Of a stretch of 64,000 nt of DNA, positions 49,189-57,617 are shown piece by piece. A program made the position numbers and the translations under genes. Every line of letters begins with the position of its first letter. Positions within the stretch are counted from its first letter, which is position 1. The notes below the pieces were generated by a model. The model ran no database searches, was not told the DNA's origin, and saw nothing but the letters and a program-made list of their open reading frames with translations. Origin of the DNA: Brevundimonas sp. Its GTDB lineage: Bacteria > Pseudomonadota > Alphaproteobacteria > Caulobacterales > Caulobacteraceae. The DNA lies in contig NZ_DASPMQ010000001.1 in assembly GCF_035626975.1 (NCBI RefSeq), positions 4,574 to 68,573 of the forward strand. The letters run 5' to 3'.

Positions 49189-51039
49189 ATGACAGACACG
49201 ACCGCCCCTGCTCCCGACGTCGCCGACCTTCACGGGCGGCCCGGCGCGGGCGCGCTCCTGGTCGAGCAGATGAGCGAGGCGGGCGCCCGGCGGGCGAAGC
49301 GGCGGGACATCCGCCCCCTGGGCCGGCTGCTGCCCTACGCCCTGCGGCACAAGGGGCATATGGCCATGGCGGGGGTCTGGCTGATCCTGTCCACGGCCGC
49401 CTCGCTGGCCCTGACGGTGACCGCGCGCGGGGCGATCGACAACGGTTTCGAGAACGGCGGAGCGCAGCTGAACCTGTGGTTCATGGTGCTGGCGGTGAAT
49501 GCGCTGTTTCTCGGCCTCGCCACGGCCGTCCGCTATTTCTTCGTCACCAAAACCGGCGAGCGCGTGATCGCCGATGTGCGCAAGGGGCTGTTCGAGCGAA
49601 TCCTGACGCTGGACCCGGCCTTCTACGCGCAGATGCGCACGGGCGAGGTGCTGTCGCGCCTGACCACCGATATCGCCCTGGTCGAGACCCTGCTGACGAC
49701 GTCGGTGTCCTACGCCCTGCGCAACGCCCTGACCCTGATCGGGGGAACGGTGCTGCTGTTCGTGGTCAGCCCCAAGCTGACCGGACTGGTCCTGCTGGTG
49801 GTGCCGCTGCTGCTGGGACCGCTGTTCCTGTTCGGGCGCAAGGTCCGGCGGCTCACCGTGGCCTCGCAGGACCGGTTCGCCAGCGCTGTCGGCTTCGCCG
49901 GCGAGAGCGTCGACGCCATCGAGACGGTGCAGGCCTTCGGGCGCGAGAAGAGCGCCATCGCCCGGTTCGGCGACGCCGTCGAGGCGGCGTTCGGCGTGTC
50001 GCTGGTCCGCATCCGGGCCCGGGCCCTGATGACCGCCATGATCATTGTGGTGATGTTCGGCGGCGTGACGCTGGTGCTGTGGCTGGGCGCGCAGGACGTG
50101 ATCGCCGGGCGGATGACGCCGGGGGCCCTGCTGCAGTTCGTGCTGCTGTCGGTGTTCGCGGCGGGCGCGGTCGGAGCGCTCGGCGAGAGCTGGGGCGACG
50201 TGCAGAAGGCCGCGGGGGCCATGGAGCGGATCGACGAACTGATGCGTAGCACGCCGGCGATCGCGCCGCCCGCCGCGCCGCGAGCCTTGCCGCAGCCGCC
50301 CATCGGCGAGGTGTCGATGTCGGCGGTGCGGTTCAGCTATCCGGGGCGACCCGACCTGCCGGCGCTGAAGGGGTTCTCGCTGACCGTCCGGCCCGGCGAG
50401 ACCGTGGCGCTGGTCGGCCCGTCGGGGGCGGGCAAGAGCACCGTCTTCCGCCTGCTGCTGCGCTTCTACGATCCCCAATCCGGCGTGGTGTCGGTGGATG
50501 GCGTCGACGTGCGCGAAGCGGATCCGGTGGCGGTGCGCGACCGCTTCGCCTGGGTCTCGCAGGAGGCGCCGCTTTTCTCAGGTTCCGCGAGCGAAAACAT
50601 TCGCTTCGGCCGGGAAGCCGCCAGCCTGGATGACGTCCGGACCGCCGCCGCCGAAGCCCAGGCCCTGGGGTTTATCGACGCCCTGCCGCAGGGGTTCGAC
50701 ACCCCGCTGGGCGAGCGCGGCAAGAGCCTGTCGGGCGGCCAGCGCCAGCGCATGGCCATCGCCCGCGCCCTGGTTCGCGACGCCCCGATCCTGCTGCTGG
50801 ACGAGGCGACCTCGGCCCTCGACGCCGAGAGCGAGCGGCTGGTGCAGAGGGCGCTGGACCAGGCCATGGAGGCCCGGACCACCATCGTCATCGCCCACCG
50901 CCTCGCCACCGTCCTGCGGGCCGACCGCATCGTGGTGATGGAGGACGGGCAGGTGGTGGAGGAGGGGACCCATGCCGCCTTGAAGGCGCGCGGCGGCCTG
51001 TACGCCCGGCTGGCGGAGCTGCAATTCCGGGCGGACTGA
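49189..51039 (+). CDS. Fused ABC exporter, permease plus ATPase (MsbA-like)
   Basis: [42 protein letters not shown]. Confidence 0.93.
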   Translation: MTDTTAPAPDVADLHGRPGAGALLVEQMSEAGARRAKRRDIRPLGRLLPYALRHKGHMAMAGVWLILSTAASLALTVTARGAIDNGFENGGAQLNLWFMVLAVNALFLGLATAVRYFFVTKTGERVIADVRKGLFERILTLDPAFYAQMRTGEVLSRLTTDIALVETLLTTSVSYALRNALTLIGGTVLLFVVSPKLTGLVLLVVPLLLGPLFLFGRKVRRLTVASQDRFASAVGFAGESVDAIETVQAFGREKSAIARFGDAVEAAFGVSLVRIRARALMTAMIIVVMFGGVTLVLWLGAQDVIAGRMTPGALLQFVLLSVFAAGAVGALGESWGDVQKAAGAMERIDELMRSTPAIAPPAAPRALPQPPIGEVSMSAVRFSYPGRPDLPALKGFSLTVRPGETVALVGPSGAGKSTVFRLLLRFYDPQSGVVSVDGVDVREADPVAVRDRFAWVSQEAPLFSGSASENIRFGREAASLDDVRTAAAEAQALGFIDALPQGFDTPLGERGKSLSGGQRQRMAIARALVRDAPILLLDEATSALDAESERLVQRALDQAMEARTTIVIAHRLATVLRADRIVVMEDGQVVEEGTHAALKARGGLYARLAELQFRAD

Positions 51040-51059
51040 CCCTGTCGCCCAAAAATCGC

Positions 51060-51360
51060 GAAACCCTGTCATCCCGACACATTCGAGCGGCCGGTCCTGG
51101 GCGGAGCGACGCTTCATGACGATGTCAAAGACCGATACCGTGCACTGTAGGGCGAGGGTGCGTCAGGATCGGTCGTGGCGCTTGGTGGCCCGGTGGCGGC
51201 GGGAGTCGTCGTCGCGCAAGTGTCAGCGTGGGTTGCCGGCGGGCGCATTATCCCTTTGCGTGACTCCCGGCCCATCGGCGTTCCGCCAGAGCATCGACGC
51301 TGGAGGGCGGGGTGCACGGGATGGCAGGGTTTGGCGCCGTTTGGCCGGGATGGCAGGGTC
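51060..51360 (+). repeat. Degenerate ~300-bp non-coding repeat, copy B
   Basis: AAACCCTGTCATCCCG at 51061 and inverted CGGGATGGCAGGGT twice at about 51317 and 51346; internal motifs shared with 39497-39790. Confidence 0.55.
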
Positions 51361-51437
51361 CGGGAATCCACCCCGGAGAGGACACGAGCGAGCGGTGACA
51401 GCCTGGGATAAGAGGGCTTCGCTGCGGCCGTCGGCGA

Positions 51438-51463
51438 GTCCGGATCGACCCAACGCGGACATT
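51438..51463 (+). repeat. GACCC-core hairpin unit (array junction 1)
   Basis: GTCCGG-ATC-GACCC-AAC-GCGGAC-ATT. Confidence 0.7.
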
Positions 51464-51567
51464 CGGAAACCCGCTGAAGCCGGGCAGATGGACCCCGTGT
51501 TCCCATGGGCTTTGAGGCGTCGTCACCGCATTTGCGGATGGCGACGACGCCGGTCACAGTCGACAGC

Positions 51568-51930
51568 ATGGAAAGATATCTTTGGCCACATCCAGCGGGC
51601 GTAGAAGCGGTGAACGAGCTGCTTCGCCTCCCTGTTCGTGGGACAGAACAAGACTGGGAAATTGAGCTCGCCGATGGCGCCCGGACATCCGGGTTCCTGC
51701 AGGCATTCGAAAGCGGCGTCCTCGATCTCGAAGGCCGCAGTGCGCTCGCGTTGCTGATCCTGTTTTCGATCACCTATTCCGAGGTCGATATTGGCCACGA
51801 GGACCTCGAAAGAGTCCGACGCGCAATCCGGGGCGACCCGACAGTCCTGCAACGCATGCAAAGCTACTGGGGCAAGGGCTTCGCGGATCACGAGGAAAAG
51901 GTGAAGAGTCTGATCCTCCAGGTCTGCTAG
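51568..51930 (+). CDS. Hypothetical protein (cassette cargo, immunity-protein-like size and composition)
   Basis: 120-aa ORF (TEQDWEIELAD...); its TAG stop lies inside the next repeat unit. Confidence 0.6.
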   Translation: MERYLWPHPAGVEAVNELLRLPVRGTEQDWEIELADGARTSGFLQAFESGVLDLEGRSALALLILFSITYSEVDIGHEDLERVRRAIRGDPTVLQRMQSYWGKGFADHEEKVKSLILQVC

Positions 51931-51968
51931 CCACCCTTAGGCGCGTCGGCTTCCGACCCATTGCGGAC
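51922..51968 (+). repeat. Hairpin doublet (array junction 2)
   Basis: GTCTGC-TAGC-CACCC-TTA-GGCGC + GTCGGC-TTCC-GACCC-ATT-GCGGAC. Confidence 0.85.
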
Positions 51969-51987
51969 TCCGGCTTCCCAGTAGCCC

Positions 51988-52392
51988 TCAGCGGGCAGCG
52001 GCTCGCTCGAAGTCGCCTACCGCGAACCGGGGTCTGGCGCAGGCGCTTGTGGACAGCGTGCTGCCCTGCGTGCGGGCAAGAACGAGAACTTCTCGTGATT
52101 GAACGAAGTCTATACCGCAGGTAGCCCCCCAAGCACCGGGCGCGTGCGCGATCCGCTGAACAGCGCTGTGACCCCCCTTTAATGTGCGGGAGACAACGAA
52201 CTCAGTCACCAAGTATCCTTCGCGCCCCTTTGTCGAGTCAGGCACGGTCGATACCGCCTGTCCAACGAACGCGATGTCTGCAGCACCTAGTTGATCGGAG
52301 GCACTTCTCCAAGTTGGGCAGGAGCATGCCCACGCCACTCCGGCGATCAGCATCAAGGCATTTGCACAGATCAGCGTGGTAATGATGCGCAT
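51988..52392 (-). CDS. Secreted N-TIMP/NTR-fold-like protein (cassette cargo)
   Basis: Signal peptide ending AWA then CSC; ADIAFVG, FVVSRTLKG, TCGIDF, EVLVLA, STSAC. Confidence 0.6.
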   Translation of the reverse strand: MRIITTLICANALMLIAGVAWACSCPTWRSASDQLGAADIAFVGQAVSTVPDSTKGREGYLVTEFVVSRTLKGGHSAVQRIAHAPGAWGATCGIDFVQSREVLVLARTQGSTLSTSACARPRFAVGDFERAAAR

Positions 52393-52428
52393 GACGGCAC
52401 GTTAGCAAGGGCGCATCGTTTTACCAAA

Positions 52429-52477
52429 GTCAGCTAACCATCCTTAGGCGACGGTCGGCTTGCGACCCATTGCGGAC
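52429..52477 (+). repeat. Hairpin doublet (array junction 3)
   Basis: GTCAGC-TAAC-CATCC-TTA-GGCGAC + GTCGGC-TTGC-GACCC-ATT-GCGGAC, 25 bp apart. Confidence 0.85.
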
Positions 52478-52554
52478 GTGCAGCATCGGTGAAAAGGTCG
52501 AGAAGCTGGAAGCCGCGATTTTAGGTTTGGCCTGAACGGTTATCTGACGGCGAA

Positions 52555-52740
52555 ATGGACGCCCGCGAAGACATGAAAGCTGCTCGGGTTCTTACCTTCG
52601 TAGGTCTATGGGTCCTCCTCTGGCTCCTTTTGGTTTTCCTTGGAGCCTCGACGACTTGGTGGCTCGCGGTTCTCATGCTGCCCGTAGCCGCTGTCCCCGC
52701 CGTGCTGACCACGCGAGCACTATTTCGGCAAAAGGCTTAG
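52555..52740 (+). CDS. Small two-helix membrane protein (cassette cargo)
   Basis: Two hydrophobic segments and a basic C-terminus; T-rich codons; lies between two doublets. Confidence 0.5.
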   Translation: MDAREDMKAARVLTFVGLWVLLWLLLVFLGASTTWWLAVLMLPVAAVPAVLTTRALFRQKA

Positions 52741-52772
52741 CATCTGACGGCTTTGGTCAGCGCGTCAGGAGA

Positions 52773-52824
52773 GTCCGCTAATCACCCGCAGGCGACAGTC
52801 TGCTCCCGACCCGTTGCGGACATT
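52773..52824 (+). repeat. Hairpin doublet (array junction 4)
   Basis: GTCCGC-TAAT-CACCC-GCA-GGCGAC + GTCTGC-TCCC-GACCC-GTT-GCGGAC-ATT, 25 bp apart. Confidence 0.85.
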
Positions 52825-52866
52825 GCGTGCCTCGGCTCAGGTTGGCGTTGGTGAACGGGGGCCGAG

Positions 52867-53265
52867 ATGCCGAGACTTCTGAGGTGGGTGTCGCAATTTG
52901 GATTGATGGTTCTTTGCGCCTGTTCGGGCGTCGGCCAGTCCGATGACAATATGTGGGGGAAGTCGGTCGCTGCACCGGGTCCGTTTTTCGCCGAGCCCGG
53001 CGGCGAGTCTCTTGTGTTGCCGACTTCGGTATCTGCGTTGAACGGCTACATCGCCCGCACCGGCGCGATCTCAGATTATAGAGGCCCCGGTCAGACGCTA
53101 AGCGCACCGGTTCCGCTTCCTCGATCAATATGTCAGCCGACGATTGAAGCCGTGGTGTTCAGCTATCCTCTCCAGCCCAGCGGTTTTGTGCCGGGTTACA
53201 CCGCCCACATCACCGGTGGGACAGTTGTGTGTATTGACCGCCGATTTGCTTACACGGGACCATAG
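52867..53265 (+). CDS. Putative lipoprotein (cassette cargo)
   Basis: Basic N-terminus and lipobox-like VLCAC; atypical codon usage; stop 5 nt before the next doublet. Confidence 0.55.
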   Translation: MPRLLRWVSQFGLMVLCACSGVGQSDDNMWGKSVAAPGPFFAEPGGESLVLPTSVSALNGYIARTGAISDYRGPGQTLSAPVPLPRSICQPTIEAVVFSYPLQPSGFVPGYTAHITGGTVVCIDRRFAYTGP

Positions 53266-53270
53266 CCAAC

Positions 53271-53322
53271 GTCCGCTTCCCACCCATTGCGGTCCGTCGG
53301 CTTCCGACCCTTTGCGGACATT
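53271..53322 (+). repeat. Hairpin doublet (array junction 5)
   Basis: GTCCGC-TTCC-CACCC-ATT-GCGGTC + GTCGGC-TTCC-GACCC-TTT-GCGGAC-ATT, 25 bp apart. Confidence 0.88.
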
Positions 53323-53361
53323 CCCTTCGCCATGAAAGGTCGAACCTCCATCTACAGCAGA

Positions 53362-55140
53362 TCACCGCCCCGAATTGGTCCGAGACCTCGGGGCAATCCT
53401 CGGCCTGAGCGCGGAAATGCTCGCCGCCAATTCGGCCTGGCGGAACGGTTTGCTCAACCGCGGCATGCCGGGCTCTATTTCGATCGCTTCAGCGTAGCCG
53501 GACACGATGAGGACAGGCAGGTCCGGGTCCTGGGAGGTAAGCTGCCGGGCCAACTGAGCGCCGTTCATCCCTGGCATCATATGATCTGTCACGAGAAGGT
53601 CAGGGTTGAGGCCGTCATCGAGCAAGCGCAACGCCTCCTCGGCCGAGGCTGCTTCCAGCACGCGGTAGCCGAGGTCCATCAGCATCTGACCGGTGCTCAT
53701 GCGAACCAGGTCGTCGTCGTCAACAAGCAACGCCGTGCCGAAACCTCGGCATGGGTCGGCGGCATCTCCGGGTTGGTCGTTCGCGTCCGCCGGGACGGCG
53801 CTGACCGGAAGCCACAGGTCGACCGTCGTCCCCCGCCCGGGACTGCTTGTAATGGTCAGGTCGCCGTTCTGCTGCAGAGCCAGCCCATGAACCATGGAGA
53901 GGCCGAGGCCGGTGCCGTTGCCGACGCCCTTTGTCGAGAAGAAGGGTTCGATGGCGCGTGAAAGCGTCGCGTCGTCCATACCGGCGCCGGTGTCCGACAC
54001 AGACAGCCGCACATAGCGGCCCGCGCCGAGGCGGCGCGATTTGCCTGAAGGGGTCAATTCCGGCACCGCGGATATCTTCAGCACGCCGCCTTCCGGCATG
54101 GCGTCGCGGGCGTTCACTGCGAGGTTCAGGAGCGCCATCTCGAGTTGGTTGAAGTCGGCGGTTACAGGAGGAAGGTCATCCGGCAGTTCAATCCGAACCT
54201 CTACTTTTGCGCCGACTGTGCTTGAGATGAGCTGGACCATCTCCTGCACCAGTTGGTTCAAATCGACTGCACCTGGCTGAAGAGGCTGACGTCGTGCGAA
54301 CGCCAGAAGGCGCTGCACGAGGATTTTCGCCCGCTCGGCGGACTGCAGCGCCCCGTCGACCAGTCTCTGCTCACGCTCGCTGCCCACGCCCCGCCGCATG
54401 AGCATGTCCAGGCTGCCGATAATCGGCGAAAGAAGATTGTTGAAGTCATGCGCGACGCCACCCGTCAGCTGACCAATCGCTTCCATTTTCTGGGCTTGTC
54501 GCAGGGCGTCCTCCGCTTTCAGGCGCTCGGCGATCTCATCCTGCACACGCAGCTCCAGCGTCTCGTTCAGCAGGCGAAGCTCCTCGTTCAGGCGCGCTGA
54601 ATCGGACAAGGCATTCCGCAGGGCCAGAGCGTTTCTGGCGAGCTCGGCCCGCGCCCGATCCAGCGACGACGCCAGCGCGGTGGCGCGGCGGGTCACATCG
54701 CCCGACGACCGCGCGCTGGCGGCGGCGGCCTCTTCGCGCACCTCCGACCTTAGCAGCGCAAGCATCAAATCGGCGGCGTCGGCAAGGTCGGAGACCAGGA
54801 CCTGGGGCTCCCCGCCGATGAGCATCAAAACCGCGCCGTCAGGGGCGATGAAAACGTCAGCGGAGGACAGGCTCCGGGCTTCGGGCCAGGCGACGGTTGT
54901 GCGGAACTCCCCTCCGCCGGCGCACCGGGCCAGAAGCTCGGTCCAGGTGGGGCCTCCCGGAAGCGTCTGGCGAAAGCCGGGCGCCGGCCGCAGTACGCAT
55001 AACTCCGGATCCGGCAGCAGGATGAGAAAGTCCAGCGCGCCAAGGCGCCGCGCCAGTGCGGCGGCCTCGGACGCGCGACTCCGTCTGTCGGCCAGAGCCG
55101 AGATGAGGCGAATCAGGTCGTGGCCGCTCTGATGGGTCAC
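53362..55140 (-). CDS. Cytoplasmic hybrid histidine kinase-response regulator
   Basis: GGVAHDFNN, FFSTKGVGNGTGLGL, REC (VDDDD, TDHMMP, KP); GTG start overlaps the FIST gene TGA. Confidence 0.88.
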   Translation of the reverse strand: MTHQSGHDLIRLISALADRRSRASEAAALARRLGALDFLILLPDPELCVLRPAPGFRQTLPGGPTWTELLARCAGGGEFRTTVAWPEARSLSSADVFIAPDGAVLMLIGGEPQVLVSDLADAADLMLALLRSEVREEAAAASARSSGDVTRRATALASSLDRARAELARNALALRNALSDSARLNEELRLLNETLELRVQDEIAERLKAEDALRQAQKMEAIGQLTGGVAHDFNNLLSPIIGSLDMLMRRGVGSEREQRLVDGALQSAERAKILVQRLLAFARRQPLQPGAVDLNQLVQEMVQLISSTVGAKVEVRIELPDDLPPVTADFNQLEMALLNLAVNARDAMPEGGVLKISAVPELTPSGKSRRLGAGRYVRLSVSDTGAGMDDATLSRAIEPFFSTKGVGNGTGLGLSMVHGLALQQNGDLTITSSPGRGTTVDLWLPVSAVPADANDQPGDAADPCRGFGTALLVDDDDLVRMSTGQMLMDLGYRVLEAASAEEALRLLDDGLNPDLLVTDHMMPGMNGAQLARQLTSQDPDLPVLIVSGYAEAIEIEPGMPRLSKPFRQAELAASISALRPRIAPRSRTNSGR

Positions 55141-56297
55141 GCCGGAACAACAACGACCACGGCCGTGCAGTTGTGAAATCCTTCGAACTGACCCTCTGCG
55201 CGGGCGATCTGCCCGTGGGTGTTGCACCCGACGAGATCGGCGCCGGCGAGCTGCGCGCGCACTGTGGCGATTTCGTCGCTGAACCGGTCGCCCATCCGGA
55301 GCCTGGTCGCCACGCAGTCAAAGAAGAGCGCCGCCTGCGGCTTCATCCCTCCGAGGGCGGCCAGGGCAGCCTGGGTCGCCTCCTGGGCCGCCTCGACGGC
55401 TGACGCCGCTGAGGCCCGCATGATGTAGACGACAGCGCCTTCAGGGATCTCGGCGGCGCAAAGGACCGCCCCATCGGCGAGGATCGCCAGGGGCACGCGC
55501 AGACGGTGAGAACCACCGCTCTCGATGCCGAGAATATTGTGCAGGAAGAACGGGATCGGCGCCGCGCGATCCAGGCTTTGGCCCGTCGTGGCGGCGTAGG
55601 TCTCGAAGATTTCGGCCGCTGGCAGACCATTCAGACTGACAAGCCTCATCCCGTCCGCTTCCGTCACCCGGAAAGGAGTGGATGCAGGCGCCCACCCGTG
55701 GCGCACGCCGATGCCGACTGGCTTCGCCGTGAGCATTTCGAGGGCGACGGCGGCGCCATTCAGCACCTCACGACCCAGAAACACCGAGGTGCGTCGAAAC
55801 TGCGCATTGTCGCCGGCCCCGCCGCCGAAGAACTGATATTGCCCCCCGGTTGCGAGCGTGAGCTCGTCCACCAACAGATCGGCGTGACCAGCCAGGGCGT
55901 CAGTCATCACGAGAGCCGACCGGTGCGGGAAGGCGTAATCGGAAAGCCCGGTAAAGCTGGACGTGATCTGCCGGGCCGCTATCGCCGCGCCGCCAGCGAC
56001 GTCCCGGGCGACGCCGGCTCCGAAGCGCACATCGTCGCCTGCGAGGCCGAGGGCGCAGGCCAGGCCCTCGCCGCGCTCGTGATTCATGAACTCGCCTGCC
56101 GATGAGGCGCCGACCACGAGGGCCGAAGGGCAACGAATGGCGAGTTCGTCGAGAAGAGCGACATGGTCATACGAGGGTGCGGCAAAGACCATGAGGGCCT
56201 GCGGCTCTCGCCCCAGTCCGCGCGTGATCTCACCCGCCAGCCGTCGTCCGGCCTCGCGGGCGTCATTCACATCAGTGGAAGCTGCCGCAGTTTGCAT
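55137..56297 (-). CDS. FIST (NosP-like) signal-transduction protein
   Basis: LVVGASSAGEF, FFGGGAGDN..F, VGIGVRHGW, FFDCVATR, GCNTHGQI..FHNCT are typical FIST_N/FIST_C motifs. Confidence 0.85.
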   Translation of the reverse strand: MQTAAASTDVNDAREAGRRLAGEITRGLGREPQALMVFAAPSYDHVALLDELAIRCPSALVVGASSAGEFMNHERGEGLACALGLAGDDVRFGAGVARDVAGGAAIAARQITSSFTGLSDYAFPHRSALVMTDALAGHADLLVDELTLATGGQYQFFGGGAGDNAQFRRTSVFLGREVLNGAAVALEMLTAKPVGIGVRHGWAPASTPFRVTEADGMRLVSLNGLPAAEIFETYAATTGQSLDRAAPIPFFLHNILGIESGGSHRLRVPLAILADGAVLCAAEIPEGAVVYIMRASAASAVEAAQEATQAALAALGGMKPQAALFFDCVATRLRMGDRFSDEIATVRAQLAGADLVGCNTHGQIARAEGQFEGFHNCTAVVVVVPA

Positions 56298-56334
56298 GGT
56301 TTCCCCCCGTCCAGCCCGCTGGCAAGGCGGAGGG

Positions 56335-56359
56335 AACGTGCGGCCCCTCGTCAGGTTCC
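56335..56359 (-). promoter_or_regulatory. EcfG/SigT-type promoter
   Basis: The minus strand reads GGAAC-N16-CGTT, 37 nt upstream of the FIST start. Confidence 0.7.
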
Positions 56360-56407
56360 GGGGCGATTTCGGGCTTGAGACTAGGGTCAGTCCAGGCGGT
56401 GGTGAAC

Positions 56408-56467
56408 GTCCGCTTTCCACCCGTTCCGGCCGTCTGGCCGGTCCGCTTGCGGGATCGCCGCGCGGAC
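56408..56467. repeat. Hairpin unit plus degenerate inverted unit (right end of array)
   Basis: GTCCGC-TTTC-CACCC-GTT-CCGGCC (56408-56431) and GTCCGC...GCGGAC (56441-56467; reverse complement has a GATCC core). Confidence 0.65.
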
Positions 56468-56527
56468 GTCCGGTGGGCCGTTCATCCCGCCCTCCGGGCC
56501 ACCTTTTCCGAGGAGGGCAGAACGGAG

Positions 56528-57571
56528 CTAGGCCGTCAGCGCCGGATCCAGATATTTCAGGTTCTCCGCGCGGATCTTCGCCGCCGCCTCGTCGTAGAGG
56601 AAGGGCAGGAAGGCGAAACGCTCGCCGCGGGTCACCGGCGTCGCCTCGTGCAGGATCGAGCAGGAGAAGACGCAGGCTCCGCCGGGGGGCGGCCGGTAGG
56701 TGCGCGAGCCGAACTCGGGGAACCTGAGATCGCCGCCGTCGTAGTCGGCGTTCAGGTTGATCGAGACCGCGAAGCGCCGGTGCGCCGTGCCCTTGGTGGT
56801 GTTGTCACGATGCGGCCGGAAGAAGCCGCCGGTCCCGGCGTCGTAGCGGGCGACCAGATAGCGCTCGATCCGGGTCGGCTTGAAGTTGAAGACCTTTTCG
56901 ATCTGGGGGAGCAGACGGCGCGTCAGGCGCGCCACCACCTGCTTCTGAAGCAGGTCGTCCTCGACGATGACGTCCGAGCGCCGCTTGTGCTGGTCGTTCA
57001 TCATCAGGGTGGTGACGCCGTCCACCTCGCGCATGAACCCCGACGGCTCGCCGCCGATCTCGCGGTAGAGGGCGATCAGGCGTTCGCAGAAAGCCGGTTC
57101 GAAGATGCGCGGCGTGACGAGGACCGGCGCCGTGGCCGGGAAGCCGCCGTGTTCCGCCGGCGACGGGAGCGACGGGATGCGGTCGATCAGCGCGCCGGCC
57201 TGGTCCGGATCCACGGCGGCCATGACGTGCAGGGCCGGATCGATCAGGAACCAGCGCCCGGCGTCGCGCGCCTCGTAGAGGTCGGCGACCGCGCCGTCCT
57301 CGTCGAACAGGAACCGCAGGCCGGGCAGGGAGTCCTGGCGGGACTTGCGCCCCTTGTCCTTGCCGATGACCACGACGAAGGCGCTGGCATGGACGTCGTT
57401 GAAGGCGGCCCGTTGCCGGTGGATCGCCGCGACGGCGGCCGCGACGGCCGGCCCCGCCTTGACGAAGGCGAGCAGCAGATAGCGCCCCGCCGCCGTGTCG
57501 AAGACATAGCGGGGGTTGCTCAGCCCCTCGGCCGAGAAGGTCGGGGCGGGATCGCCGTAGAGAAGCGCCAT
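56528..57571 (-). CDS. 2OG-Fe(II) oxygenase with N-terminal thioredoxin/AhpC-like domain
   Basis: GDPAPTF redoxin-like start; RPHRD (HxD), GGDLRF, HEATPVTRGERF. Confidence 0.82.
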   Translation of the reverse strand: MALLYGDPAPTFSAEGLSNPRYVFDTAAGRYLLLAFVKAGPAVAAAVAAIHRQRAAFNDVHASAFVVVIGKDKGRKSRQDSLPGLRFLFDEDGAVADLYEARDAGRWFLIDPALHVMAAVDPDQAGALIDRIPSLPSPAEHGGFPATAPVLVTPRIFEPAFCERLIALYREIGGEPSGFMREVDGVTTLMMNDQHKRRSDVIVEDDLLQKQVVARLTRRLLPQIEKVFNFKPTRIERYLVARYDAGTGGFFRPHRDNTTKGTAHRRFAVSINLNADYDGGDLRFPEFGSRTYRPPPGGACVFSCSILHEATPVTRGERFAFLPFLYDEAAAKIRAENLKYLDPALTA

Positions 57572-57617
57572 GCGGGCACGATGCCCGGCAAGGCGGCGCC
57601 ATTACAAGCCCGCCCGG

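Noticed and set aside
48832-50478. 548-aa minus-strand ORF ending in the L31 sequence (apparent giant L31 fusion)
   Set aside because: Only the last 74 codons are L31, with their own ATG at 49056; the rest is the antisense shadow of the ABC transporter.
51358-56467. Interpreting the repeats as a CRISPR array or a classical integron
   Set aside because: The spacers are 300-3000 bp and contain whole ORFs, the repeats are degenerate doublets, and there are no cas genes. There are no attC R''/R' boxes and no intI in the window.
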